Shown here: one piece after another, positions 16,751 through 28,199 of the stretch
Layout of the letters: every line of letters begins with the position of its first letter
Numbering within the stretch: the first letter of the stretch is position 1
From: an uncultured Porticoccaceae bacterium
GTDB taxonomy: Bacteria > Pseudomonadota > Gammaproteobacteria > Pseudomonadales > Porticoccaceae
Length of the DNA stretch: 58,312 nucleotides
Direction: 5' to 3'
Assembly: GCA_965659315.1 (NCBI GenBank)
Contig: CBFHVP010000003.1
Coordinates: 1-58,312, forward strand
Notes under the pieces: generated by a model
The model's input: the letters and a program-made list of their open reading frames with translations, nothing else
Database searches by the model: none
Told to the model about the DNA's origin: nothing
Translations under genes and position numbers: made by a program

Positions 16751-17692
16751 ATGGATAAACCTCTAGCTATTAATTTGATGGGCCCCACGGCCAGTGGTAA
16801 AACCGCGTTGGCTATGGAGTTGCGCGAGCATTTGCCAGTTGAGTTAATCAATGTAGATTCAGCGCAAGTGTATCGTCAGCTTAATATTGGTAGCGCCAAG
16901 CCTGATGCCGATATGCTAGCACAGGCGCCTCATCGTTTAATTGATATACGTGATCCGGCACAGACCTACAGTGCTGCGGAATTCTTGGCGGATGCCCGCG
17001 GCGAAATGGCAGAGATCTGTGCTTCGGGACGTATTCCGCTATTAGTGGGCGGCAGTATGATGTATTTCAAAGTGCTACTGGAGGGACTGTCTAGGTTACC
17101 CGAAGCTAATCAACAGGTGCGTGATACATTAGAGCAAAGAGCTCAACAGGATGGCTGGCCCAGTCTCTATGCCGAACTTGAGGCTGTTGACCCTGATACA
17201 GCCAGTCGACTGCACCCCAACCACTCTCAGCGTATTCAGCGAGCATTGGAGGTCTATCTAGTGACAGGTAAACCTATGTCAGCTCTCCAAACTGAGTCCG
17301 TTGGCGGCTTGTCACAAGACTATAAATTTCGCCAAATTTCGCTTATTCCTCAGAATCGTAAACTTCTGCACAGACGCATTGAACAGCGATTCCAGACTAT
17401 GATGGATCTTGGTTTCGCGCAGGAAGTGATGGATTTGTATAATCGTGGCGATCTGCATCGTAATTTGTCGGCTATTCGCTCGGTAGGTTATCGCCAGCTG
17501 TGGGACTACTGCGCAGGAAAGTGCAGTTTGGACGATGCGGTCGAAAAAGGTGTTATTGCCACTCGTCAGTTGGCAAAACGGCAAATGACTTGGCTGAGGA
17601 ATTGGCCTGATGCCATTGAAATAATTATCGATAATGAAAAGGAATATTTGAGTACTAAAGAGATCTGTAAGCAGAGTTTGAAAGTACTTTAA
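16751..17692 (+). CDS. miaA: tRNA dimethylallyltransferase (ATG at 16751; track start 16739)
   Basis: GPTASGKT, DSAQVY, RIQRALEV and TRQLAKRQMTW. Confidence 0.97.
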   Translation: MDKPLAINLMGPTASGKTALAMELREHLPVELINVDSAQVYRQLNIGSAKPDADMLAQAPHRLIDIRDPAQTYSAAEFLADARGEMAEICASGRIPLLVGGSMMYFKVLLEGLSRLPEANQQVRDTLEQRAQQDGWPSLYAELEAVDPDTASRLHPNHSQRIQRALEVYLVTGKPMSALQTESVGGLSQDYKFRQISLIPQNRKLLHRRIEQRFQTMMDLGFAQEVMDLYNRGDLHRNLSAIRSVGYRQLWDYCAGKCSLDDAVEKGVIATRQLAKRQMTWLRNWPDAIEIIIDNEKEYLSTKEICKQSLKVL

Positions 17693-17819
17693 TCTGTATC
17701 CATGTACTATAATGGGGAAATGAGCGAGGTAAGTGCTCGGATGATTTGCAATCCCGTTGTTATTTTTTGCCACCTGTATTGTGGCGCCCATTGAATTTTC
17801 AATATGAAGGAGTAGTACT

Positions 17820-18104
17820 ATGTCAAAAGGGCATAACCTACAAGACCCTTTTCTTAATGTTTTAAGGAAAGAACGTATTCCGGTTTCCATTTTTCTCGTT
17901 AATGGTATCAAGTTGCAGGGGCAGATTGAGTCTTTCGACCAGTTTGTTGTGCTTCTCAAAAACACCGTTAGTCAGATGGTATATAAGCACGCTATCTCTA
18001 CCGTTGTGCCATCGCGTACAGTTCGTCTACCCGCTAGCAATGCGTCTGACGGTCTACCAGACGCCGCTGACAATGCCGGCAACTACCGCGACGACAACTT
18101 CTAA
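17820..18104 (+). CDS. hfq: RNA chaperone Hfq
   Basis: [25 protein letters not shown] and [10 protein letters not shown]; AAGGAG RBS upstream. Confidence 0.99.
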   Translation: MSKGHNLQDPFLNVLRKERIPVSIFLVNGIKLQGQIESFDQFVVLLKNTVSQMVYKHAISTVVPSRTVRLPASNASDGLPDAADNAGNYRDDNF

Positions 18105-18109
18105 AGCGA

Positions 18110-19405
18110 GTGTCGTTATTTTTTGAGCGGCCGGACTTTGGTGAGCGCGCGGTTTTGGTTCACCTTAAGCTAAATAGTGAATCTGAACCTGAAGATCCAC
18201 GAGAATTCGAAGAGTTAGTGATTTCTGCCGGTGGCGACCCCGTTGAATTTTTAACGGGGTCGCGTCAGAGCCCCCATGCCAAGTTTTTTGTTGGTACGGG
18301 GAAATTAGAGGAAATTACCAGTGCTGTTCGCAGTAGCGATGCTGAGTTAGTTATCTTCAATCACAACCTCTCTCCTAGCCAAGAGCGTAATCTCGAGGCT
18401 GAGTTGAAATGTCGGGTTCTGGATCGGACTGGGCTGATTCTTGATATTTTTGCCCAGCGCGCACGTACACATGAAGGCAAGCTGCAGGTTGAGCTGGCGC
18501 AGTTACAGCATCTGTCATCTAGGTTGGTGCGTGGTTGGACGCATTTGGACAGAGAAAAAGGCGGTATTGGAATGCGCGGGCCGGGTGAGACACAGCTGGA
18601 ATCTGATCGGCGTATGGTCAGAGAACGTATCCAGACGATCAAAAAACGGCTGGAAAAAGTGAGAAAGCAGCGCGGTCAAAGTCGGCGCTCCAGAGATAGG
18701 GCAGAAATTCCTATCGTGTCATTGGTGGGCTATACCAATGCCGGTAAATCGACGTTATTTAATAATTTAACCGGTTCAGATGTTTTCGCTGCAGACCAGT
18801 TGTTTGCCACACTAGATCCAACGATGAGACGTCTGGATGTGCCCGAACAGGGATCGGTTATTTTTGCTGATACGGTGGGCTTTATCAGTCATCTGCCGCA
18901 TCGCTTAGTGGATGCCTTTAGGGCCACGCTCGAAGAAGCGGCCTCGGCGACGCTCTTACTGCATGTGGTAGATGTCGCTGCAGAGGAGCGAAATATCAAT
19001 ATTGAGCGTGTTCAGGAAGTGCTCAAAGAGATCGGCGCTCATGAGCTACCAACTCTAGTGGTTTACAACAAGATTGATCTGTTGGATGATCCTCATGCAC
19101 GCATTGAGCGAGATGCAAACGGTGTTCCCATGGCTACTTGGCTGTCTGCGCAGACTGGGGAAGGCCTGGATTTATTACTTGAGGCAGTGACCGAACGTTT
19201 GCCTGGGGTGCAGTTGCATAAATATCTGCAGTTACAGCCCAACCAGGGAGCACTGAGGGCTGCCCTGTATAGTCATAAGGCAGTGGTATCTGAGGATATT
19301 GATGCTCAGGGTATGATTAATTTGGAAGTAAAGCTGGCGGAAAGTGATTTTTTGCGCTTATTAAAATCGTCGGGGTTGAAAATGCAAGATTTGATCACAT
19401 TGTAA
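18110..19405 (+). CDS. hflX: Ribosome rescue GTPase HflX
   Basis: LILDIFAQRA, GPGETQLE, GYTNAGKS, LFATLD, DTVGF and NKID. Confidence 0.98.
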   Translation: MSLFFERPDFGERAVLVHLKLNSESEPEDPREFEELVISAGGDPVEFLTGSRQSPHAKFFVGTGKLEEITSAVRSSDAELVIFNHNLSPSQERNLEAELKCRVLDRTGLILDIFAQRARTHEGKLQVELAQLQHLSSRLVRGWTHLDREKGGIGMRGPGETQLESDRRMVRERIQTIKKRLEKVRKQRGQSRRSRDRAEIPIVSLVGYTNAGKSTLFNNLTGSDVFAADQLFATLDPTMRRLDVPEQGSVIFADTVGFISHLPHRLVDAFRATLEEAASATLLLHVVDVAAEERNINIERVQEVLKEIGAHELPTLVVYNKIDLLDDPHARIERDANGVPMATWLSAQTGEGLDLLLEAVTERLPGVQLHKYLQLQPNQGALRAALYSHKAVVSEDIDAQGMINLEVKLAESDFLRLLKSSGLKMQDLITL

Positions 19406-19465
19406 AGACCTACCAACGCACTTTTTTTATCTAATTGCAATATTAACTACAATTTGGAGAATATT

Positions 19466-20593
19466 ATGGCCTGGAATGAACCGGGTGGTGGCAGAGACCC
19501 TTGGGGCGGTAATCGCAATAATGATGGCCCGCCGGATATTGACGAAGCATTGAAAAAGCTTAAAGAAAAATTAGGCTTTCTCGGTGGTGGTTCCGGTTCA
19601 GGGAACGGCGGTGGTAAAGGGCTTGTCCCCATCTCCCTGTTCGTTATCGCTGTGCTCTGGGGATTACTAGGTTTTTACCAGGTCGATCAGAAAGAGCAGG
19701 CACTGGTACTAAGGCTAGGTAAATACCATGACACATTGGGTGCGGGCCTTAAGTGGAATCCACCAATAGTCGATAAAGTGGTGATCGTGCCGGTAACCGA
19801 GGAGCGTCAATATTCGGCCCGCGGTTTAATGCTAACGCAAGACGAGAATATTGTTGAGATCTCATTGACTGTGCAGTACAACATTGCCAATGCCAGAGAC
19901 TTTGTACTTAATATTAAAGAGCCAGAGACCAGTCTAAAGCAGGCCACTGATAGCGCTTTACGCCACGTGGTTGGTAGTACCGGGTTGGATGGAGTGATCT
20001 CTACTGGCCGAGAACAGGTAGCTGAGGGTACGGCGCAAAAACTGCAGGATCTGCTAGATATCTATGGCAGTGGTATCAATGTAGTGAAAATCAATATTGA
20101 AGAAGCGCGACCACCCACCGAGGTCAAGGCCGCCTATGATGATGTGATCAAGGCCCGAGAGGATTTGGAGCGTTTGGTCAATGAAGCTCAAGCTTATTCT
20201 AACGGTATTATCCCGGAAGCACGTGGTCAGGCGCAGCGTTTGCGTGAAGAGGCTAATGGTTACAAGTCTCAGGTGGTGTCTAAATCTGAGGGTGAGGCTA
20301 AGCGCTTTACTAAGTTACTAGCGGAGTACAAAAAGGCACCGGAGGTCACCCGAGAACGACTCTACATTGATGCTATCGAGCAGGTTATGACCAATAGCAG
20401 CAAGGTTCTGATGGATACCGAGGGTGGCAATAATATGCTTTATCTACCGCTAGATAAGATAATGCAGCAGGGCGCATCTACCCAGATTCGTTCTTCCGAG
20501 GGCAATGATCAAATGGTGGATCGGATTGCCAATGATGTGATTGAGAGATTACAAAGAAATGCTGAGCGAGTTCAATCGGAGAGACGACGATGA
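19466..20593 (+). CDS. hflK: FtsH modulator HflK (ATG at 19466)
   Basis: MAWNEPG...DPWG...GPPD N-terminus, one TM helix and an SPFH domain; GGAG RBS. Confidence 0.97.
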   Translation: MAWNEPGGGRDPWGGNRNNDGPPDIDEALKKLKEKLGFLGGGSGSGNGGGKGLVPISLFVIAVLWGLLGFYQVDQKEQALVLRLGKYHDTLGAGLKWNPPIVDKVVIVPVTEERQYSARGLMLTQDENIVEISLTVQYNIANARDFVLNIKEPETSLKQATDSALRHVVGSTGLDGVISTGREQVAEGTAQKLQDLLDIYGSGINVVKINIEEARPPTEVKAAYDDVIKAREDLERLVNEAQAYSNGIIPEARGQAQRLREEANGYKSQVVSKSEGEAKRFTKLLAEYKKAPEVTRERLYIDAIEQVMTNSSKVLMDTEGGNNMLYLPLDKIMQQGASTQIRSSEGNDQMVDRIANDVIERLQRNAERVQSERRR

Positions 20594-21459
20594 ATAGATT
20601 AGTTACAACGTTTGGTCTGCTGATACTTCTATTGGCTGGAGTAAACAGTACCCTTTATGTGGTTAGCGAATTTGAGCGCGGTATTAAGTTGCGTTTTGGT
20701 GAATTAATTGAAGGTGATATTCAACCCGGTCTGCATTTCAAAATGCCCTTTATTGACAATGTACGCATATTTGATGCGCGAGTTTTGACCGTAGATGCTC
20801 AACCTGCTAGCTTTTTTACCGTTGAAAAGAAGCGTTTGATCGTAGATTCCTACGCCAAGTGGCGTATTTCCAATGTCGAGACTTACTACACCAAAACTGG
20901 TGGCCTAGAGTCGGTGGCGCAGAACCGACTGGCTAATCGTGTAAACGACGGACTCAGAAATCAGTTTGGTACGCGTACGCTAAATGAAGTGGTCTCTGGT
21001 GAGCGAGACTTATTAATGAAGAATATTACCGAAGACCTCAACAGCACAGTTCTAGACGAGCTGGGAATTGAAGTGGTAGATGTTCGGGTCAAACGCATTG
21101 ATCTGCCGCAGGAGGTTAGTAGCCAGGTATTCCGCCGTATGACCGCGGAGAGAGAGAAAGAAGCGCGTGAATTGCGTTCTACTGGTAAGGAGAAGGCGGA
21201 AAAGATTCGCGCTTCTGCCGACCGAGAGCGTACTATTGAACTGGCCAATGCCTATCGTGATGCCGAGGAGTTGCGCGGTGAAGGTGATGCGGAAGCAGCG
21301 GCTATTTATGCTGATGCCTATCAAAGAGACCCAGAGTTTTACGCATTTATGCGCAGTCTCAATGCTTACAAAACGTCCTTCGCGAACAAGGGAGATATAC
21401 TGTTGGTCGAGCCAGACAGCGATTTCTTTAAATACCTCAACAAGCAAAATGCTAAATAG
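20590..21459 (+). CDS. hflC: FtsH modulator HflC
   Basis: N-terminal TM, PGLHFKMPF, VDVRVKRIDLP and DPEFYAFMRSL. Confidence 0.97.
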   Translation: MNRLVTTFGLLILLLAGVNSTLYVVSEFERGIKLRFGELIEGDIQPGLHFKMPFIDNVRIFDARVLTVDAQPASFFTVEKKRLIVDSYAKWRISNVETYYTKTGGLESVAQNRLANRVNDGLRNQFGTRTLNEVVSGERDLLMKNITEDLNSTVLDELGIEVVDVRVKRIDLPQEVSSQVFRRMTAEREKEARELRSTGKEKAEKIRASADRERTIELANAYRDAEELRGEGDAEAAAIYADAYQRDPEFYAFMRSLNAYKTSFANKGDILLVEPDSDFFKYLNKQNAK

Positions 21460-21545
21460 ATAGCTTGTGGCAGATGTTGGCTAGTTGATGTAGTCAATTA
21501 GTGTAAAAACCTCTGCCACATTGAGGGCGAGTTTGTTAGAATTCT

Positions 21546-21570
21546 AAAACCGAGGCGACTCGGTTTTTTT
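21546..21570 (+). terminator. Intrinsic terminator after hflC
   Basis: AAAACCGAG-GCGA-CTCGGTTTTTTT: perfect stem, GNRA loop and T tract. Confidence 0.85.
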
Positions 21571-21594
21571 ATGCCGGATCTGAGGGGATTACAG

Positions 21595-21774
21595 ATGCTC
21601 GAAGAATTGGGTAGAGCGTTAGGTTTAATGTTGGTATTCGAAGGCATTATCCCGTTTTTATCGCCTAATCGTTGGCGGGATATGGCCGCGTCCCTGGCTA
21701 GTGTGGATGATAGAGCGATGCGATTTGTTGGTCTGCTTAGCATGCTTATTGGACTCTGCCTGCTGATTTTTTGA
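21595..21774 (+). CDS. DUF2065 / YjeT-family small membrane protein (ATG at 21595)
   Basis: ALGLMLVFEGIIPFLSPNRWR...RFVGLLSM; conserved position between hflC and hisZ/purA; GAGG RBS. Confidence 0.88.
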   Translation: MLEELGRALGLMLVFEGIIPFLSPNRWRDMAASLASVDDRAMRFVGLLSMLIGLCLLIF

Positions 21775-21801
21775 GTTTTTAGCCATGAGTAAGGGGTTAT
21801 T

Positions 21802-22980
21802 GTGAAAAATGTAGATCGTTGGTTGTTGCCAGATGGCGTCGATGAGGTGTTGCCGGAACAGGCCCTAGTCGTCGAGCATCTGCGACGGCAACTTCTCGAT
21901 ATTTATCACAATTGGGGTTACGATCTGGTCATTCCGCCGATGGTCGAATTTACCGAATCACTGCTTAGTGGCTCCGGCTCTGATTTAGACCTCATGACCT
22001 TCCGAGTGACGGACCAAATTAGTGGTCGCATGATGGGTATTCGTGCGGATATTACGCCGCAGACCGCACGCATGGATGCCCATAGCTTGCGTCGAGAAGG
22101 CCCCACTCGTCTTTGTTATGCAGGCACGGTCCTGCATACCCGTCCTCGCGGCCCATTGGAGTCGCGCACACCTATTTCGGTTGGCGTTGAGCTATTTGGT
22201 GAGCCCACCTTGGCGGCTGATATAGAAGTCATAGAGTTATTTTTGCAGACGCTACGGGTGTCAGGTGTTACCAATGTTCACCTAGACCTCGGTCATGTGG
22301 ATATTTTTCGTGGCCTATTGGCTAACGCAGATTTGGATGGCGATCAGGAAACAGAGTTATTTGAATTGTTACAGCGCAAAGCGACCAGCGAGCTCAGCGC
22401 ATGGATTGGCGATAATATTGGTGACAGTCAACTTGCCACTTGGTTAAACGCTTTGCCCGGGTTAGCTGGCGGTGTTGAGGTGTTGGCCCGCGCAAAAGCG
22501 GCCTTAAATTCTGCGCCGGCGGCTGTTTTGCAAGCAATTGAACAATTGGAAAGTATTGTTGCAGCGCTTGCGGATTCTGATGTTACTATTTATCTGGATC
22601 TGGGTGAAATACCGGGATATCACTATCATACAGGTGTGGTTTTTGCTGGCTATGTTCAGGGCTACGGTAAGGCTCTGGGTAATGGTGGTCGCTATGACCA
22701 TGTTGGTGAAGCCTTTGGTCGTGCTCGTCCAGCGACGGGGTTTGCATGCGATCTTAAGTCGTTGGTTACTCAGGGGCGAGCCACTAAAGACACTGTCACA
22801 GGGATTTTCGTCGCCGGTGACAATACTCTAGCATGGCGTGAGCAAGTGGCATTGTTACGCGGTCAAGGTGAGCGAGTAGTGCAGGGGTTTGTCGGTCAGA
22901 AAGTTAATTTTACTGAATTAAATTGTGATCGTGAGTTGGTCGAGCAAGACGGTCAGTTTGTCATTAAAAAGTTGTCCTGA
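21802..22980 (+). CDS. hisZ: ATP phosphoribosyltransferase regulatory subunit
   Basis: RWLLPDG, RADITPQTAR, RLCYAG, YHYHTG, GGRYD and RPATGF; upstream of purA. Confidence 0.96.
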   Translation: MKNVDRWLLPDGVDEVLPEQALVVEHLRRQLLDIYHNWGYDLVIPPMVEFTESLLSGSGSDLDLMTFRVTDQISGRMMGIRADITPQTARMDAHSLRREGPTRLCYAGTVLHTRPRGPLESRTPISVGVELFGEPTLAADIEVIELFLQTLRVSGVTNVHLDLGHVDIFRGLLANADLDGDQETELFELLQRKATSELSAWIGDNIGDSQLATWLNALPGLAGGVEVLARAKAALNSAPAAVLQAIEQLESIVAALADSDVTIYLDLGEIPGYHYHTGVVFAGYVQGYGKALGNGGRYDHVGEAFGRARPATGFACDLKSLVTQGRATKDTVTGIFVAGDNTLAWREQVALLRGQGERVVQGFVGQKVNFTELNCDRELVEQDGQFVIKKLS

Positions 22981-23003
22981 CCGATTGCGGTTGGGTGGTG
23001 TAA

Positions 23004-24317
<1,314 letters not shown>

Positions 24318-24511
24318 ACGTTAAAAATAAAATTCGACTCATTTATTTATCGGATTTTTTATCTTTCGGCAATGTTATAGTTTTGTCACGGCCTTACCTC
24401 ACAAGGGTTTGGCCGTTAATAATAATAAAAATATGTCTATTTTCTCGGTATTTTATAATTCAAAAAAAATACTTTAGAAAAGTCTATTGAAATAAAAGCG
24501 CTTAAATTTTC

Positions 24512-24540
24512 TTGCGAAAACCGAGTAACTTAGGTACCGT
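24512..24540 (+). promoter_or_regulatory. Candidate sigma70 promoter upstream of the nuo operon
   Basis: TTGCGA-N17-TACCGT, preceded by a very A/T-rich, UP-element-like stretch. Confidence 0.4.
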
Positions 24541-24825
24541 CGTTTTGTAGCACTGAATAAAAACAAACGGGTTCCACGCCAGTTACGTTTTTTTTGCAGG
24601 CGAGAGAATCCGATACGTATGGGGTATTTATGCCGCGAAATATGTATATGGACATTATTCGTTTAAGCTGTACGCGCCACTTACCCAGGGTGGTCAGATC
24701 TTTTTTTTATCTAAGCAATAGCCCCCCTCTTATAACAAGCATTAATCTTTGTAGTATTTTTCAACTCTCTACTTCTATTTCGAATATTGCACCACGGCAG
24801 TCTTTATGGCCGCTAAGGACTGGTC

Positions 24826-25266
24826 ATGGCTAACAATTATGCCACTGAGATATGGCCATTGGCGGTGTATTTCGGCATGGTTATATTACTTGTTATCACA
24901 ATGCTGGTTTTCTCTTGGCTACTAGGGCAACGCCGGCGTGAAGCGGCTACTAATGATCCCTTCGAATCAGGTGTTGTATCAGTAGGTAACTCCCAGGTGC
25001 GCATTTCTGTGGAGTTTTATTTGGTCGCAATTTTCTTTGTCATCTTTGATTTAGAAACGGTATTTATATTTGCTTGGGCTATCGCCTTTTTTGAATTGGG
25101 CTGGCAGGGCTATATCTCGATGCTAGTGTTTATTGGCATATTAGCGTTGGCACTAATCTATGAGTGGCGCTCCGGCGCGCTGGATTGGGGCAATAAAACG
25201 CGTGTGGGTTTGCCGCAAGCTCAGGCGAAGGAGAAGGCGCGCAAAAGACTGGAGGGTAAGCTATGA
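24826..25266 (+). CDS. nuoA: NADH-quinone oxidoreductase subunit A
   Basis: [19 protein letters not shown] and GALDW; three TM helices; AAGGA RBS. Confidence 0.96.
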   Translation: MANNYATEIWPLAVYFGMVILLVITMLVFSWLLGQRRREAATNDPFESGVVSVGNSQVRISVEFYLVAIFFVIFDLETVFIFAWAIAFFELGWQGYISMLVFIGILALALIYEWRSGALDWGNKTRVGLPQAQAKEKARKRLEGKL

Positions 25267-25901
25267 AATGGAGTTTGAGTCATCCAGACGCTGGCAATCA
25301 GATCAGTGGTAGTGACGACTTTATTGAGGAGCAAGTTAAGCGCAATGTCGCCTTCGCCAAACTTGAAGATTTAATTGCTTGGGGTCGAGCGCATTCGTTA
25401 TGGCCATTTAATTTTGGTCTTTCCTGTTGCTATGTTGAGATGGCTACCTCGTTTACCAGTCGTCATGATATTGCTCGTTTTGGTTCAGAGGTTATCCGCG
25501 CTACTCCGCGGCAGGCTGATCTGATGGTTATTTCTGGAACCTGCTTTTTAAAAATGGCGCCAGTGGTACAGCGATTGTATGAACAGTTACTTGAGCCGCG
25601 TTGGATTATTTCAATGGGCTCCTGTGCCAACTCAGGAGGTATGTACGATATTTACTCTGTTGTACAGGGGGTCGATAAATTTATCCCAGTGGACGTCTAT
25701 GTTCCTGGTTGTCCCCCTCGGCCTGAGGCGCTGATGCAGGGATTGTTGATGTTGCAAGAGTCGATTGGTAAAGAGAGACGACCTATCACTTGGGCTGCTG
25801 GTGATCAGACGGTGGTAAAGCCGCAAAAAATCAGTAAGCGCGATGAGTTAACCGCCGAGAGAATACAGGCGACAGAATTAAGGGAACCAAAAAATACGTA
25901 G
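25263..25901 (+). CDS. nuoB: NADH-quinone oxidoreductase subunit B
   Basis: [19 protein letters not shown] and PGCPPRPE (N2 cluster ligands). Confidence 0.98.
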   Translation: MKWSLSHPDAGNQISGSDDFIEEQVKRNVAFAKLEDLIAWGRAHSLWPFNFGLSCCYVEMATSFTSRHDIARFGSEVIRATPRQADLMVISGTCFLKMAPVVQRLYEQLLEPRWIISMGSCANSGGMYDIYSVVQGVDKFIPVDVYVPGCPPRPEALMQGLLMLQESIGKERRPITWAAGDQTVVKPQKISKRDELTAERIQATELREPKNT

Positions 25902-25932
25902 GGATATTCTTATATTTATCTAAGGGGTTTAA

Positions 25933-27684
25933 ATGCAAGCGGCTGAAAATCTGGCGAATAGCCGGGTAGAGGAGAACCTGTACCGACAGTTCGGCGGGGA
26001 TCTGTTTATTACCCAGCACTGTGCGGATAATATTCCGACAGTGTGGGTTGGCCGCAAACATCTTATTGAGGTGTTGCAATTCCTTAAGCCCAGTTTTTCC
26101 ATGCTCTACGATCTGTTTGCTATCGATGAGCGCACCAGAGTCTATCGTGATGGCCAGCCAGCTGCTGATTATACGGTGGTCTATCAATTACTGTCGATGC
26201 AGCGCAATGAGGATTTGCGTATCAAAGTGGCCCTGTCTGAAAATGACCTGAGCCTGCCTAGCGCCACGTCTATTTGGCCAAATGCTAATTGGTATGAACG
26301 CGAAGCTTGGGATATGTTCGGCGTTGATTTTGTCGGTCATCCCAGTTTATTCCGAATTCTGCTGCCACCTACTTGGGAAGGACATGCCTTGCGCAAGGAT
26401 CATCCCGCTCGTGCGACAGAGATGGCGCCCTTTGAAATGGGTCCCGAGCGAGTGGCTAAAGAGCAGGAGGCATTGCGTTTTCGCCCAGAGGATTGGGGCA
26501 TGAAAGCCGAGAGCGACGATAACGAATTTATGTTTCTTAACCTCGGCCCTAATCACCCCAGTGTACACGGAGTTTTCCGAATTGCCTTGCAGTTGGATGG
26601 TGAGGTCATTATTGATTCAGTACCCGATATTGGCTATCACCATCGCGGTGCGGAAAAGATGGCAGAGCGCCAGACATGGCATAGTTTTATTCCCTATTCT
26701 GACCGTATCGATTATCTCGGTGGCGTGATGAATAACTTAGCTTACGTTCAGTCAGTAGAAAAGCTTGCCGGTATCGAGGTGCCAGAGCGCGCCAAGGTGA
26801 TCCGTATTATGCTTGCTGAACTGTTCCGGATTTCCAGTCACTTAGTTTTTTATGGCACCTTTGTTCAAGATGTTGGCCAAATGTCGCCAGTGTTCTATAT
26901 GTTTGTCGATCGTGAAAAGTTGTTTGGCATTGTTGAGGCCATTACTGGCGGCCGTATGCATCCGGCTTGGTTTCGTATTGGAGGCGTTGCGCAAGATTTG
27001 CCCAATGGTTGGGATCGCATGATTCGCGAGTTTCTTGATTACCTGCCGGCGCGCCTCGATCATTACGATAAAATGGCCATGCAAAATAAAATGCTCAAAG
27101 AGCGTACCGTCGGTATTGGTGTCTATACTCAGCAAGAGGCTCTGGACTGGGGGGTTACTGGCCCCGGTCTGCGCGCAACAGGCAGTGACTGGGATATTCG
27201 CAAGAAACGGCCATACGGTGGTTATGACCAATTCGAGTTTGATGTGCCTACCGCAGAAAATGGCGACTGCTATGACCGCGCGGTGTTGCGCATCGAAGAG
27301 ATGCGCCAGAGTCTAAAAATTATTCGTCAATGCGTCGACAATATGCCTAGCGGTCCCTACAAGAGTGATCATGCGGCGACTACGCCACCACCCAAAGAGC
27401 GCACCATGGAGGATATTGAAACCTTGATTCACCATTTTTTAAATGTGAGTTGGGGGCCGGTGATTCCGGAGGGTGAGGCGTCAGTAATGATAGAGGCGAC
27501 CAAAGGAATTAATAGTTACCATTTAATCAGTGACCGCAGTACTAATTCCTATCGCACTAGGATTCGCACACCTTCATTTCCTCATCTGCAACAAATTCCA
27601 TTGATTAGTAAAGGCCTGATGATTCCGGATTTGATTGCCATTATTGCGAGCATTGATTTTGTTATGGCGGACGTCGACCGATGA
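25933..27684 (+). CDS. nuoC: Fused NADH-quinone oxidoreductase subunit C/D
   Basis: [13 protein letters not shown] (C part); [20 protein letters not shown] and C-terminal DFVMADVDR (D part). Confidence 0.97.
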   Translation: MQAAENLANSRVEENLYRQFGGDLFITQHCADNIPTVWVGRKHLIEVLQFLKPSFSMLYDLFAIDERTRVYRDGQPAADYTVVYQLLSMQRNEDLRIKVALSENDLSLPSATSIWPNANWYEREAWDMFGVDFVGHPSLFRILLPPTWEGHALRKDHPARATEMAPFEMGPERVAKEQEALRFRPEDWGMKAESDDNEFMFLNLGPNHPSVHGVFRIALQLDGEVIIDSVPDIGYHHRGAEKMAERQTWHSFIPYSDRIDYLGGVMNNLAYVQSVEKLAGIEVPERAKVIRIMLAELFRISSHLVFYGTFVQDVGQMSPVFYMFVDREKLFGIVEAITGGRMHPAWFRIGGVAQDLPNGWDRMIREFLDYLPARLDHYDKMAMQNKMLKERTVGIGVYTQQEALDWGVTGPGLRATGSDWDIRKKRPYGGYDQFEFDVPTAENGDCYDRAVLRIEEMRQSLKIIRQCVDNMPSGPYKSDHAATTPPPKERTMEDIETLIHHFLNVSWGPVIPEGEASVMIEATKGINSYHLISDRSTNSYRTRIRTPSFPHLQQIPLISKGLMIPDLIAIIASIDFVMADVDR

Positions 27685-28199
27685 GTAAAAAACAAATAAT
27701 ACACAGCGATATTAGTACGGTATTGACCACAGAGGAACTTGCCGAGATCGATGCCGAGCTGGCTCATGTTCCCTACAAGTCTGGCGCTGCTATCGATGCA
27801 TTAAAGATTGTGCAAGGCAAGCGTGGTTGGGTATCTGATGAGTGCTTGCGAGCGATTGCACGTCACTTAGCTATGTCGGATGAAGAGTTGGAGGGCGTTG
27901 CGACATTTTATAACCTAATTTACCGCAGGCCGGTGGGTGAGAAAGTTATTTTATTCTGCGATAGCGTCAGCTGTTGGATCAGTGGTTGTGATGATATCAA
28001 AGCCAATATTTCACAAAGTCTCGGTATTGACTACGGTGAGACCACCAGTGACAACCGCTACACCTTGCTACCGGTTCCCTGTCTGGGTGCCTGTGATCGT
28101 GCACCAGTGATGATGGTTGGCGATGATTTGGTCACCCATGTAAATGATAAAACAGTTACGGCGATATTTGGCAAAGCCAAGAAGAGGGTTGCAGAGTAA
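27681..28199 (+). CDS. nuoE: NADH-quinone oxidoreductase subunit E
   Basis: VATFY, CDSVSC and CLGACDRAP 2Fe-2S motif. Confidence 0.97.
   Translation: MSKKQIIHSDISTVLTTEELAEIDAELAHVPYKSGAAIDALKIVQGKRGWVSDECLRAIARHLAMSDEELEGVATFYNLIYRRPVGEKVILFCDSVSCWISGCDDIKANISQSLGIDYGETTSDNRYTLLPVPCLGACDRAPVMMVGDDLVTHVNDKTVTAIFGKAKKRVAE

Noticed and set aside
17312-17965. 217-aa antisense ORF across miaA/hfq, and similar shadow ORFs such as 13583-14155 and 42214-42693
   Set aside because: They lie opposite well-conserved genes and have no protein motifs of their own.
24318-24825. tRNA or attachment site after purA
   Set aside because: No cloverleaf or T-arm consensus, no integrase, and no matching direct repeat noticed elsewhere in the window.
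24594-24833. 79-aa ORF overlapping the nuoA start
   Set aside because: No recognisable motif, and it runs through T-tracts and likely regulatory DNA. It is probably spurious, though a leader peptide from ATG 24630 is not strictly excluded.
25933-27684. Group 4 NiFe hydrogenase large subunit
   Set aside because: No CxxC Ni-binding motifs, and it sits in a canonical nuoA-N order.
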